This document shows positions 26,301 through 37,749 of a DNA stretch of 64,000 bases, one piece after another. Positions within the stretch are counted from its first letter, which is position 1. Every line of letters begins with the position of its first letter. Source of the stretch: Sphagnum compactum (Eukaryota); contig OZ234494.1 in assembly GCA_965153455.1 (NCBI GenBank), forward strand, positions 11,222,001 to 11,286,000. Reading direction: 5' to 3'. A model generated the notes under the pieces. It searched no databases, was not told the origin of the DNA, and worked only from the letters and a program-made list of their open reading frames with translations. Made by a program: the position numbers and the translations under genes.

Positions 26301-29300
26301 GGTCTGCAAAATGAGGCGACACTGGTGCTTGTTCACAGAATCAGCCAAATTGCTATTTCGAAACTCCTCAAGCTCTCTTGTCAACAGCTGTCCTGCTCTC
26401 AAATTCCTGGAACCCAAGTGTTCTGCACACAGCAGCAAGGCCTGTACATCCTGCAGCCTGCAGGCAGGAGTTATAAGATTCATCATTCACCTAACAATGA
26501 GCCCTACAAGTCAGATAAACAGGTACTGTGTACAACCACACGGTAAATTATTAGTGCCCTGCCTCAAACTTTCATTCCTTTAATTGAAAATCGAAGAGTG
26601 CAACAGATTTCCCACTTATGAAGTTCACAAACCTGTTTGTAGAGGTTGCAGAAGAGTCAAGATTAAACAAGACTTTGTGGATGTGATCAATCATTATAGT
26701 GAGAGGATCGTCTGGGTCATCAGCAAGCAATGGATCAAGGCCCTCAAGGTCAAAGTGCTCAGCAATTGCCCAGACAACACGTGCTCGGAGCCTTGCAGTT
26801 GTAACCTGCAGACTCAAAGGCATCAAACCCTTGCATACTTCAGTCAACAAGGAAAATACTCAGAAGTATGCTGACCAATCTGCAATTAGCAGCTCTGCAG
26901 CATGCCATGAACCGGGATAAGAAAGATTGTCCACCCACAACCTTTGCCATGAAGATAAGAACAAAAGCAATATTTAGGATCATCCTGAAATATGCCCTTC
27001 CTGCTGACTTAAAACAAGGTAAAAGATGTGTCATGCTATGCACATGTGAGAAGACTGCTGTTTACTGCCTATGGCTGTTCCACACAAAAGCCAGTCACAG
27101 AAAGGCACCTCGCTGAGATCCTTCACAAGCTGCCGCTGCAGAGCCTGCAATCGAGTCTCTGCCAAAATCTGTTCAGGAGATGCTCCATCCTTGGCCTTTT
27201 TCACACCACCCACTGTATCATAGATATGGCAAAGACGCACCAACAATTTCAAGTAGCAATCCATGGCATATGTACGGCCTGCACAACACCAGAACCTACA
27301 GTTATTGTTGGAAACTTGCATCTCAAAATTGGCAGGTTGGGGGAAAAGCACCAAGTTCCTACTACGGTAGCAGGCTTGCATGCCAGTGCCAATTGGGAGT
27401 TGCATCAGAATTGCAAAGTGGAAACAGATATCTGAGGTGGGTACTTTGCTCTCATATTGTAAAACAATACTTATCACTTCCATCTTTGCCACCGGCAGGC
27501 TGAAAGAAAGCATGAGAGAAATAGTTTGTGCAATTCCCTGCTTATGATTCTGCATTAGCTGACCCATAAACCATATGACAACTAATTGTCATTTCTTGAT
27601 ACAAACACCCCACAGAAACTCTGTTTGGGATGAAAAGTTCCAAAGAGCGTTTGCTTCCTGTACCCAGACACAAAAACTCCATGAGAAAGTTTTGGTACAG
27701 AATGGCTTACCCTGACAATCCCACTTCACACATGGTCGGCAAACCTCCACAACTTTGAGAGCTGACTGTGTCCAGCTCATGGCCTCTGATGCTGTGCCAT
27801 AATTTAGAGCTCCAACCACACGACTCTCAGGCCCCACTGGTTTCATCCGTGGAAGGGGCACAGAGAGCTGGAAACAGCTCTCAACTAGGCAAGCAACCAA
27901 CTCCTCCCTAAATAAGCCTTCACTGTTGATGCTTGCCAAGTCCTCACGAATTTTGACATCCTCAAATAAGGAAGCGATGTCTGTGCCCTGGAGGGGTCTC
28001 TGGCCACGTCGAACACTTTCCTTGGCAAAAAGATCAACAATCAGGGCAGTCCGGCAGATACAAGCCAGTGCATGCATACGATCAGCTTCGACTCTCAAAT
28101 TTCGCACCATCAGAAGAAGACGCTTGAAAAGAGAAACCTGCAAATGGATGTCCAGGAGCTGCAGATTCTTCACAACAGTACGCACAATACTCTCTCTACC
28201 TGCGGTATACTCTTGACGGTCCCACAGTGTGAGGAGTGCAGTGATTGGGGCTGATGCCCATTCTGGTTTCCCACCAGGGACATCTGCCAAAGAGAGAAGG
28301 TTGACACTGACCTCATACACTAGGGCAGGGTCAAGAGAAAAGAGAAAGGGCAGGAAATGAGACACTATGTCTGAAATTCCAAGTATGTGTTCTGCATTTG
28401 CGAAGTCCCTCTCCTCTGAGGCTCCTCTTGGGCTTCTCCTATCACCTGAAAGCACCTGGATGCAACAAAAAGCATGAGCAGTAATAGCAGGCATAAAATG
28501 AGGGTTTCCAAATGCCAGGGAATTATTTTTCTTATATGATGAGATTTGTGAACTGTGACAAAAGGAAATTACACACAAATGCAAAAACCATGACATCTAG
28601 ATCTCAACACAGAATGCATGGTGCAAGTGCATGAGGAAATTGAAGATTCCAGACCAAAGTATGAGCAGTCATAGCAGACAGCAAATTAGGGTTTTCTGAT
28701 GCTAGGGACTTGTCTTTCTTATATGACAAGATTTGTGAACTGCAACAAAAGGAAATTACAAACAAATGCAAAACCACAACATCTAGATCTCAACACAGAG
28801 TGCAAAAACCATGAGATCTAGATCTCAACACAGAATGCAAAAACCATGACAACTAGATCTCTCAACACAGAATGCATGACGCAAGTGCTTTTAGGGTTCG
28901 ATGATTTAGCTGCAAAATTCCGACCTGCATGTCCTCAACCATGCCAGTAGCCACAGCCTTGGCAGCAAACACGATGGGAAAGACGGAGGATCGGAAGCTC
29001 TCGACAGTGAGTACCCGGGAGCGTGCCATCAACAAATCACGCTTCTCCCACACGAAGCGACACATGGAAGCCACCCAATTGGAGCGAATAGCGAGCGAGT
29101 CTTCACTGGGCACCAGCTTGTTACCAGCAAGTCTGCTCAACTTCTTGGTGGAAAACTCCAGAAACAAACGACCCACACCCTCGAATGCGATTCTACAAAC
29201 GGCATCCGAAGCATGCAACATACTCTCCCCGATCTGTCGCCACCAGCGACTCACTTTATCCAACAGAGTAGCACTGGAGACACACAGATTGACAAGATCA

Positions 29301-29737
29301 TCACGAGCAAGCAAACATCCCAGCGTTTCCACGATCGCATACCGCAGATTAGGGTTCTCATGAACGATGCAGTTGGAGATCTCCTTGCTGGACTCGATGA
29401 TGAACTTCCCCAGACGCCACGCAGGGAGAGCAGACAGAAACGAAACGGCAGCAGCTGTAACATCCGGATCCGGGAAGTCGAAATCGTTCCGGATCCCTCT
29501 GCAAACGATCTCCCATTGCTGCCCCGTGAGACGAGTGCAGCGGATTAGGTCAAAAGCCAGCTTCTTACAAACCGCACTAGCAGGGCTAGCGATAATCTCC
29601 TCACAAGCAGCTCGGGAGATGGACGAGATATCCTTCCCAGCTGCCGCATGTTGCAATGCTAACAACAATGCTTGCGCTTGACGAAGCCCATCACTGGATG
29701 CCAACTCCGTGCGTATTACAGCGAACACTTGATCCAT
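23351..29737 (-). CDS. TPLATE: TPLATE, adaptin-like core subunit of the TPLATE/TSET endocytic adaptor complex, 10 exons
   Basis: Approximate exons: 29737-28925, 28455-27711, 27288-27108, 26805-26631, 26457-26269, 26098-25791, 25307-25184, 24979-24503, 24240-24007, 23602-23351. TPLATE peptides: EEIIASPASAVCKKLAFDLIR, FPDPDVTAAA, GGKPEWAS...LTLWDRQE, DLFAKESVRRGQ, GLDPLLADDPDDPL, GDYPFTHHKL, LSGSSDPCYVEAYHL, SPVEFFRLWPSLPA, AAKTWYG. Confidence 0.95.
28480..28885. repeat. Nested duplications in TPLATE intron 1 (about 190-bp duplication plus ATCTAGATCTCAACACAGAATGCA, 4 copies)
   Basis: Visible at about 28596, 28781, 28816 and 28853. Confidence 0.8.
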
Positions 29738-31535
29738 GGTCTCTCCTTTCTCCTTCCTTCTCTCCCTTCCTCCCAACAAGTCAGCTCTCCACCAAAACTT
29801 GAACACTCATGGGATGGGTTTTCTCCTCCTCTCTATTACAACATCAAAGCTCCTCAAATCCTCATCAAAACTCGATTGATCTTCGTGGATCTCGACGACG
29901 ACAACAAGAAGCTCTGCGACAGCAGCGATGGAGTAACAGGAGCGAAGGAAGCTCTCGGGGGCGACACAAGACCGAGAGGCCTTGATGATTGAGCGCAGTG
30001 TGAAAGGGGCGTTAGGCCAGTGCCTAAGGCTTATGGCCACATTGCAAGTGGTCGGGGGTTCAATTCTCCCCAACATCAACCCCTAGTTCAGCTCCTACAC
30101 TAGGCTATGAACTACTATATGGGTATAATTAGGGTATCTACCTTTTGTATGAACTACTATAGGGGTATACAATAAGGTATCTATTGTATAATAAGGGTTT
30201 CCCATTTTATTTTTAAATTTTTTTTATTGATTTTCAAAACTAATGAGGTTAAATGTAGATTGGAGCTTTAATATTTTTTTATAAAATCTAAAACCTAAAA
30301 TAGGCCTTGAAACCAAGGCTATAAAACAAGGGTTTAAAATTAACCATGCATTGGACCTAGAACTAACAAGTTTTATAAAGCTTATTTTTTATTGACACAA
30401 GAATTAGCAATATAAAATATTGGACTTGACTCAAAAACAAATTAGTTTTAACTTTTTTTAAAATATTCCCTAGACTCAAAGCTAGAAGGTTTTTCGATTT
30501 CCGAAATATTTTAAGCTTCAACCCAATAGTTATTCTAAAAACCAACACTAGTTAATATTGGTTCCAACCACAAAACAAATCTTACAAAAAATTAATATTT
30601 TGCAATAAAAACTTAACATAAATTATTGCATTACTAGATTGGCACCTAACATTTTCAAAAGAAACAAAATCACACACATGAAAACTTGCACACAAATCAC
30701 CCCCTTAAAACTAATATGAAAATCTTTTACACCAAATATATAACGAAATTTATGATTAAATAGGACATAACGTAACAATATTATACATTTTTAAAAATAT
30801 TTTAATTCCATAATGAGATCATCAAGTTGAGTGCAATGTGAGCCCTATCATTGGTTGCTTAATTACAATCCGTTATGTTTAGCCAAATAGCAACCTTCCC
30901 CAAATAATCCAACTCTAGAACATATTTATGTCCTAAGAATGAAACTCAACACAAATCAACAAACACAATGTATATATCTAACATATCTTAATAACGTATT
31001 CATGTATACAAAAGGTGTTGATGTATACAAAGGGTGTCAAATAGGCACCTCTGGTTCGATTCAAAAGAAAACTTTGAAGACAAAAACAATATACAATGTA
31101 GACAACATAGTGACAAAAGGAGGAGGAGAAATGCAGCAGCAGAGAGCTCAAGATGATTGATTTTGCCTAGTATAGATTTTCTCTTCTTTTCTGAAAATGG
31201 CCGCAACCCCATGTCCCCATGGGGAAGTTTGAAGTGTGATGCAGTCACCAACCGTGTGAGCCATCAGCTCTCTGACAGTCTCTGAAAGAGATGGTAACTT
31301 CTCCCAAAAAAAAAGGTCTCCGAAATATTTGCAAGGGTTGAAATCAAAAGTAAATCAGATCAAAGACTCGGTACACGGTTCTCTGAGATCTGACCTAGCA
31401 CTAGAAGTCTGATCACGTGGTGTAAATCTCAAGACAGTTGTTTCTTTTCCAGGTTCTGTTGAAAATCAGAGTGACCCAGAAGGCCCAGAGTTCCCAAATC
31501 ATCCATCCCTTCATGAACAGGAATAGCGTTCGCAC

Positions 31536-34500
31536 CTAATCCTCAGACACCTTCTTTTTCTTCTTCTTCTTCTTCTCTTGGACCACCTCCTCAACTGCAA
31601 CCTCCACTGCCACTTCTGCCTTCCGTTTTTTCTTTGAAGATTTGAGCTCTGAAGTAGTAGTTGCAACCACTGCCTCTGTTACTTGTATATCTTCAGCTGC
31701 TTCCTTGACCACTTTCTTCTTCTGCAATCAAGATCACATCACACTTTAGATTGCCTTTCTCTTCCTTGTTACTGGGGTTGTATGTAAAGTAAATTACGAG
31801 GAAAAAAAGGGGTTACTGAATGTTGATTTCAGAGGATAAAAGTCAAACCCACCTTTGTTTTCCCTTCTGTTTTTACTTGGACAATCTCCACAGCTACAGG
31901 CGTAGTTGTTGCATCAGGCTCTTCCTTTGAAGTTTTATTCTCCTTTGACTTTTTCTTAGCTGAGGTCTGCACCACTGTCACCTCTTCCACAACCTGAGCT
32001 TCATCCTGCTTCTTTTTCTTGTCTTTCAACTTTTTCCCAGAGTCAGGTTGGATGGCAGCTCCAATGGTTGAGTCTGCAGCTGGGTTGTATGCCTGCACAG
32101 GAAAAATGACCATGGGATCAGCCAATCAAAATTTGGCTAATTTAGACTAACATCACTAATTCACACTCGTGGTACCTGCCAATGAACCTTAGTTACCCTG
32201 ATGGTCAACCTGATCCTGCATTGAAGACAAAGAGCTCTAGATACACAGTGCATTCCACACTGTTTTTTTTCCTTTTTCCTTTGCCTCTTGTCTCAAGTCT
32301 AAGGACCAAGATATGATTTTTGGTGCAATAGCCATGTTCAGGAATCCATAAAATTGCAGAATATTGCTAACCCATCTTCCATATGTTTTTCAGTTTTGCA
32401 TCCTGGTGTTCCTGTACAGTTTACCTTTGCAGCAGAGAGAACCCCTGGGGTGTCCTTTTTCCGGTCCTTATCATACGACTCGATATTAGCCTTGCCCTTG
32501 GCTGCCCCACTGATCGTTCCCAATGCTCTACCTTCGAGCTGCCGTAACCTTGCTTCCACCTACCCATACAGGAAAATAATGTTGTCAACTGAGTCAACCC
32601 TTTGAAAAAAGGGAAGGGAGACATGCAAACAGTTTGCCATGCAAAGCCCAGAGCAACATGTTTGCAACATCTTCTCACCTTGGCACGACTTTCAATACCA
32701 ATGCTAGCATCAGCATCTTCTCCAAGGGCATCCACTCGAATGGACAATGCAGACTTGGCTGCAAGCACCCGTGCAATCTTTCCCTTAAATTTGGGAGGAG
32801 CTTGACCTATGAGTGATGCATGATATATTAACCCATATTTGGGAGTCGCATGCTTTGTCTTCAATGCTCTAAAAAGTGCCTGCAGGCAAGAGATGAGCAC
32901 ACAAAATTCAGTAATAGTTCTGCCACTTGGAGATGCGTCATAATGGATCTGAAACGAAGAATTCAAGCAGTGTGAGTGATACAATTATTCTACCTTGAAT
33001 TCTTCAAGTGGTGAGTGGTGAGTGGTGAACTCGCAAAGAATTCAAGCCAGTGGTGAACTCTTCAAGAATGAGGGCTTTCTTACCTTCTCAGCACCCAGAA
33101 TCTGCACGGTGCTGGCAGGATACTTGGCCAGATTCATGAGACTACCAGCATGAGCAATGAGACGTGCACCAACAAGCTCCCCAACCAAAACTGTCAAATT
33201 TGGAGCAATTGCATTCATGCGACTCCGCAAGTAGTCAAAAAGCTGTGCTCGATATTCAGAAAGTTGAATCACTTGGTCACAAAGGGACTTGATGTTCAGA
33301 ATATCATGGTCACTAACCTCTGTTCCCATAGAGATGACTGCTGCTTCTTTCATCTCTGACTCCACTTCTTCTACCAATATCTGTTCAAAATCAAGATTTA
33401 GTTCTTCAACTAACACAAACCCAAAACTAATCCATAACATCTGCAGATGAAAAAATTGAAATTGGACTAAGGTACACAATCAGAGAGAGTGCAAAAGGGA
33501 GAGGATTGGTCAAACTTGGAGTCAGGCCATTGAAGAAACAGGGATAAAAAATAGCACACAATCAGAGAGCTACTGGACACTCCAGAAAAAGACACTTGAA
33601 GTAAGGAACAAGATGCTCACGCCTGAGAAGTCAAGGTCTGCTGCATTAATCCGGATGCCCATCGACTTCACAGTCTTTGCAAACTGTACATTATCCTGGA
33701 TAATCTTTGCCAGCTCTGGAAAATGCCACCCATACCATTCCCGCACTCTCATAGCATATGTATTAAGCTCTTTATCCAAGTCATCGAGGAGCCCGATGGC
33801 TTGCACTATCATGGTATCAACCTGTCAGGACAAAGTCCACATTTTTAAGAGTCAGTCTGAAAAGAGGTGACACAAGAAGAGAAAGATCTTCATAAACGAA
33901 TCTGAACCCACAACAAGCAGGGGTTACAGCTCACCTTGTCAGGGCTGAATTTCAGTTTGTAGCGGGAAAGACTGTGAGAGAGACCAAGGCTCATGGGCAC
34001 AATGTCTGAACCTGCAAGGCCCACAATGAGCTCGGACAACTGGGATCGAAGACCTCGCATAAGTTCTGCCACTGCTGCATTGTTCACACAGTTTATTTCC
34101 TGCAACCTCAAATATTTCCAGGTGAGGCTGACCAACGTTCATCATACAAGGGTGTGAAAATACACATTAGATTCTGCAAGAACTAAGGGAAAAAAAAATG
34201 CAACTGGAAAAAACGAAAAAACCCTAACATACCAGTTTGTCACTGATTTCCTTTCCAAGTTTGGAATCTGCCACCACCAGCGTCTCTCCTGCACATTCAG
34301 CTTTCAGGAACTTGCGGAGACCTTTGGGCAGTTTGCTGTCAACAAGATGGGTAGCTGCACTGAGTGCATCTGTTGTACTCTCAAACTTGTCAAATGCCTT
34401 CAGAGTCATCATCTGCAAAATTATAATAATAGAATGGTTCTGGGATGGTGAGATTAATAATAATACTTGTCATTGAAGCTGTACAAATCGGTGCCTTTGG

Positions 34501-34854
34501 TCTGTATGTGTATCCTAAACACAATGTGAGCATTCATTACTGCAACAGCCAGCGAGCTTTACCTTCCGTGCAACTTCTGGTGTCTCAAACTCTTTCCATA
34601 AATCCTGCCACAGAAACCACATATCAAATCTCTTTCAAAAACTCACTCGAGCAACACCATCAACCCTAGCTCAACCCTTCCTAAACCCTGAACCCATCAT
34701 TTCTCAAGCAGCTAGCTAGCCAAAAAGAAACCCACTGAATCAACCAAGAAGTATCTAATTGTGAGGATCCTCTTACCTCGACATTGTCCAATTTCTTCTC
34801 ATTTAAAACCTTGAATAGCGCAAAACCTGCAGGCGTCTCAAAGAGAGCCAACAT
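31536..34854 (-). CDS. NOP58: Nucleolar protein 58 (NOP58/NOP5), box C/D snoRNP core protein, 10 coding exons
   Basis: Approximate exons: 34854-34777, 34604-34563, 34412-34233, 34099-33934, 33821-33621, 33380-33083, 32878-32678, 32559-32424, 32092-31853, 31721-31536. [73 protein letters not shown] and [27 protein letters not shown] are NOP58-type rather than NOP56-type. Lys/Glu-rich tail. Confidence 0.95.
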
Positions 34855-35291
34855 CTTGGTCGCAACAGCCTTGCTTCTTTCCTTTTTGTTCAATCCCCCA
34901 CTCAGTCTCACACAACGGTCATCTTCACAGTGGGGGGATTTTCAGAAAGAACCTAGCTCATCCCTTATAAACAAAACCCAAAAAAAAAAGAACACGAAAA
35001 AAAATTCTCAGTTTCTCGAAAACCTTGAAACCCAAAAATCACGCAGTCAGAAACCACGTCAACAAATTGACTTCAACAACACCTGAAACCTCTGTGCCTC
35101 TTTATGTCCCACTCGGAGGAAAACCAACATGTTGAAAATTCCCAGAAAATTATTAGCTTAGGAGCTACAAAACCAATCTCAGGAGAATTGAACAGAGTGA
35201 GAAGCTTACAGGGATCATCGTCAATTGCGGAGAAACAAAGTGCGAAACCTGACAACATGAACAAGAGGCAACGGAGGATTGTCGCGGCCAC

Positions 35292-35308
35292 TAAACCCTA
35301 AACCCTAG
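35292..35308. promoter_or_regulatory. Tandem telo-box (AAACCCTA x2) near the likely NOP58 transcription start
   Basis: TAAACCCTAAACCCTAG lies about 440 bp upstream of the NOP58 ATG. Telo-boxes are established elements of plant ribosome-biogenesis gene promoters, but the motif is also common in introns in this window. Confidence 0.6.
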
Positions 35309-35370
35309 ACTTTAGGACCTACGGAGACTTGACTAGGTACCCCTAGTGGCACCTATGAGCTAATTCTACC

Positions 35371-35625
35371 ACAGAAAACGTGAGGAATGTGTTCTGGATC
35401 GACCTAGAACGCTGGATAGATTGGAATGGTCGGGTATCATAAAGCGTTGCAGAAAACGTTGGAATATGTTCATGAACATTCCAGAACGCTTGTTAGGCTG
35501 GAATGGTCGGGTGTCATTAGGCGTTGCAGAAAACGGTGGAATTTTAAGTGCTCGTGATCGACGCAGAACGTTGAATAGATTGGAATGGTCAGGTGTCATA
35601 ATGCGTTACAAAAAACGTTGGAATG
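35371..35625. repeat. About 78-bp tandem repeat, about 3.3 copies, in the divergent NOP58/plastid-gene promoter
   Basis: Repeated CAGAAAACG..GGAAT...AGAACG.TG..TAG.TTGGAATGGTC(G/A)GGT.TCAT...GCGTT. Confidence 0.85.
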
Positions 35626-35891
35626 TATGGGTTCAGAAAATTGTTCGTGGAATTGTCGTCTTCTCCGGCTCTCGCGCTTGGCTGCGGAACACAAGCTTTG
35701 GGGTTTGTGTGCGCTTGGTTCTTTTCTGCATCGATTTCGTTCTGAATTCGTGCTTGTTGAAGCGTTTCTGGGAGTTGCGAAAGTGGCTAGAGACACTCAC
35801 AAAAGGGAAGTTGGCCATAGCGCTGTTGCACTAGAGTAGTTTAGTGGAAAACCTTGTCCGGCGAATTTTGGTCGTGGCTAGGGTGACGACC

Positions 35892-37219
35892 ATGGCATCC
35901 GTGTCCGCGTCGCCCTTGTACTGCGCATGTCCGTCGTCTTCTGCCATGCCTTCGCTCGCTTACCGTTCCTTCTCCGGTCTCCGACAGAGCAGCTTCGGGG
36001 CCCGTCTTGTTGGCAGCAGCCGGAGCCTTGTATTGGCGAAGAAGAGCCGGCCCGCATCTGGAGTGTGGCATGGCAGCTCAGCACGGAAGCTCATCGTCGT
36101 TTGCGCAGTAAGTTTTTGTTGCCTGCCATTTTTTTAGTCTTTCGTTCTACGACTCACCAATCTTGTTTCTTTCCTCACTGTTTTGCCGAGTACAGCAGCA
36201 GCAGGGGAGGTTCATTCAGAGCCTTTTTGGAGTTTGTGAAATTGAAATCGTCGTTAAGACACAAGACCATCATGGTTTGCTTCAAATGTCTGTCCAAATC
36301 TTCTGCTTGATCTTGTGTACATGTCTATCTACATAACATTATGTAGCTTCTTATCATAAACTTCATAATGCATCTCAGCTGATGGAGAGATGTGGGGCAG
36401 TGGCGGCGGCATCCTCATCAGCGTGCAATGCAGGAAAAATCGTCAGCCAAGGGAAACAGAGAAGAAGATCACATGTTGTAGGTGCAAGGAATGTCTCACC
36501 TGGAAAGAAAAACACGACGGTAGTCCCCTCACAACCTGAGATGACTCCAGAGGAGCTTGCTGAGTATGAGAAGCTAGTATCACAATTGGAAGGGAAACAA
36601 CCTGATTTCTGGGAGGGCGAGCAGTGGAATTGGCTCGGTTTTGTGATCCAATACTTGTGGGTTTTTGGGTTCGTTGTTTCGGTGAGAATCTTTACCTTCT
36701 CATCATGGCTCCCTTCCCTGTCTGCTTTCACTAGTGAGGCTGCCTTGTGTTATGCATCTGTGACATTGTCCCACCTCTCACCCTCTTTTCCTTCCCCATA
36801 CACACAGTCTTGAGGCTGCCTTGTGTTATGCATCTGCAACACCATCCCACCTCTCATCTTCTTTCCCCTCCTCACAGACACAATCTTGAAGCTGCCTTGT
36901 GTTATGCATCTGTGACATCATCCCACCTCTCAATTTCTTTCCCCTCCTCACAGACACAATCTTGAGGCTGCCTGATGTTATGCATGTGTGACATCAGCCC
37001 ACCTCTCATCACTTGTCCCTCCTCACACAAAGGCTGACTTGCATTCGGGGGAGAGCTGTGCAGATAATTGCTTGTTTGGTGGCAGTTCGGACATACAATC
37101 TGGGTGCCACTGACTTCAAAAACACAGAGGTGTTTAAAGAGGCCCTTGAATCTCAGTCAAGTGACTTTGGGGAGAGCTTCAATGAAAGAGAGGATGCACC
37201 ATCAGTAGTACAAGAGTAA
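35892..37219 (+). CDS. Small chloroplast (probably thylakoid) single-pass membrane protein, resembling Arabidopsis At3g51510/FPB1
   Basis: Exons 35892-36107, 36379-36681 and 37064-37219, all phase 0 and GT-AG. Ser/Ala/Arg-rich transit-peptide-like N-terminus ending IVVCA. Conserved-looking core PDFWEGEQWNWLGFVIQYLWVFG...YNLGATDFKNTEVFKEA. The FPB1 assignment is from memory of the motif and needs BLASTP. Confidence 0.8.
36735..37030. repeat. About 76-bp tandem repeat, 4 copies, in intron 2 of the plastid-protein gene
   Basis: Repeated TGAGGCTGCCTTGTGTTATGCATCTGTGACA...CCCACCTCTCA...CCCCTCCTCACAGACACAATCT. Confidence 0.92.
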
Positions 37220-37638
37220 CTTTTTAACTCCTGCAATAGCACCTTCTTGAAGAACCCTTTTAGTCTTTTGTATAGTGGTGGGGACTTGCTCTGTTTGACA
37301 CTACCCAGTAGATAGTATAGTTGCACATTTGTTTTCTTCATATTTCAGATTACAATGGGTAGCTTTTTACCTACCACCAATTTGTGCTTGTTTGGGATGG
37401 TTTATTGTCAAAGGGTTCATGGAGTGTCCTACTGGTTCACCATCATATGTATAACAAGCTGCTAGTTCAACTGCATTATGTGCAGGTTGTGTTTAATTGG
37501 ATAATATGTGTCACATGGTCCTTGCAGTACAGTCTTCATTTGTATGTATATTGCAGCACTGACAGCAGTGTGTTATCTAGCATAAAAACCAATCAGGATG
37601 GTCCACCCTCATATGCAGTCAGGGTTTTAGGGTTTACA

Positions 37639-37749
37639 CACCTAATAAGAACCCACTAGCCATTTCCTACATACCAACCATTTAGGGTGTAAGTAAATTC
37701 CTGTAAATGGTTGGTATGTAGGAAAGGGGTAGTGGGTTCTTATTAGGTG
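37639..37749. repeat. Inverted repeat, 46-bp arms with 2 mismatches and a 19-nt loop
   Basis: 37639-37684 is the reverse complement of 37704-37749 except at 2 positions. Confidence 0.95.

Noticed and set aside
34100..34150. Perfect C box (ATGATGA, minus strand) in a NOP58 intron, suggesting an intronic snoRNA
   Set aside because: There is no CTGA D box or terminal stem before the 3' splice site about 40 nt downstream.
35421..35834. 137-aa ORF in the NOP58/plastid-gene intergenic region
   Set aside because: It arises from the 78-bp tandem repeat, starts at TTG and has no recognisable protein features.
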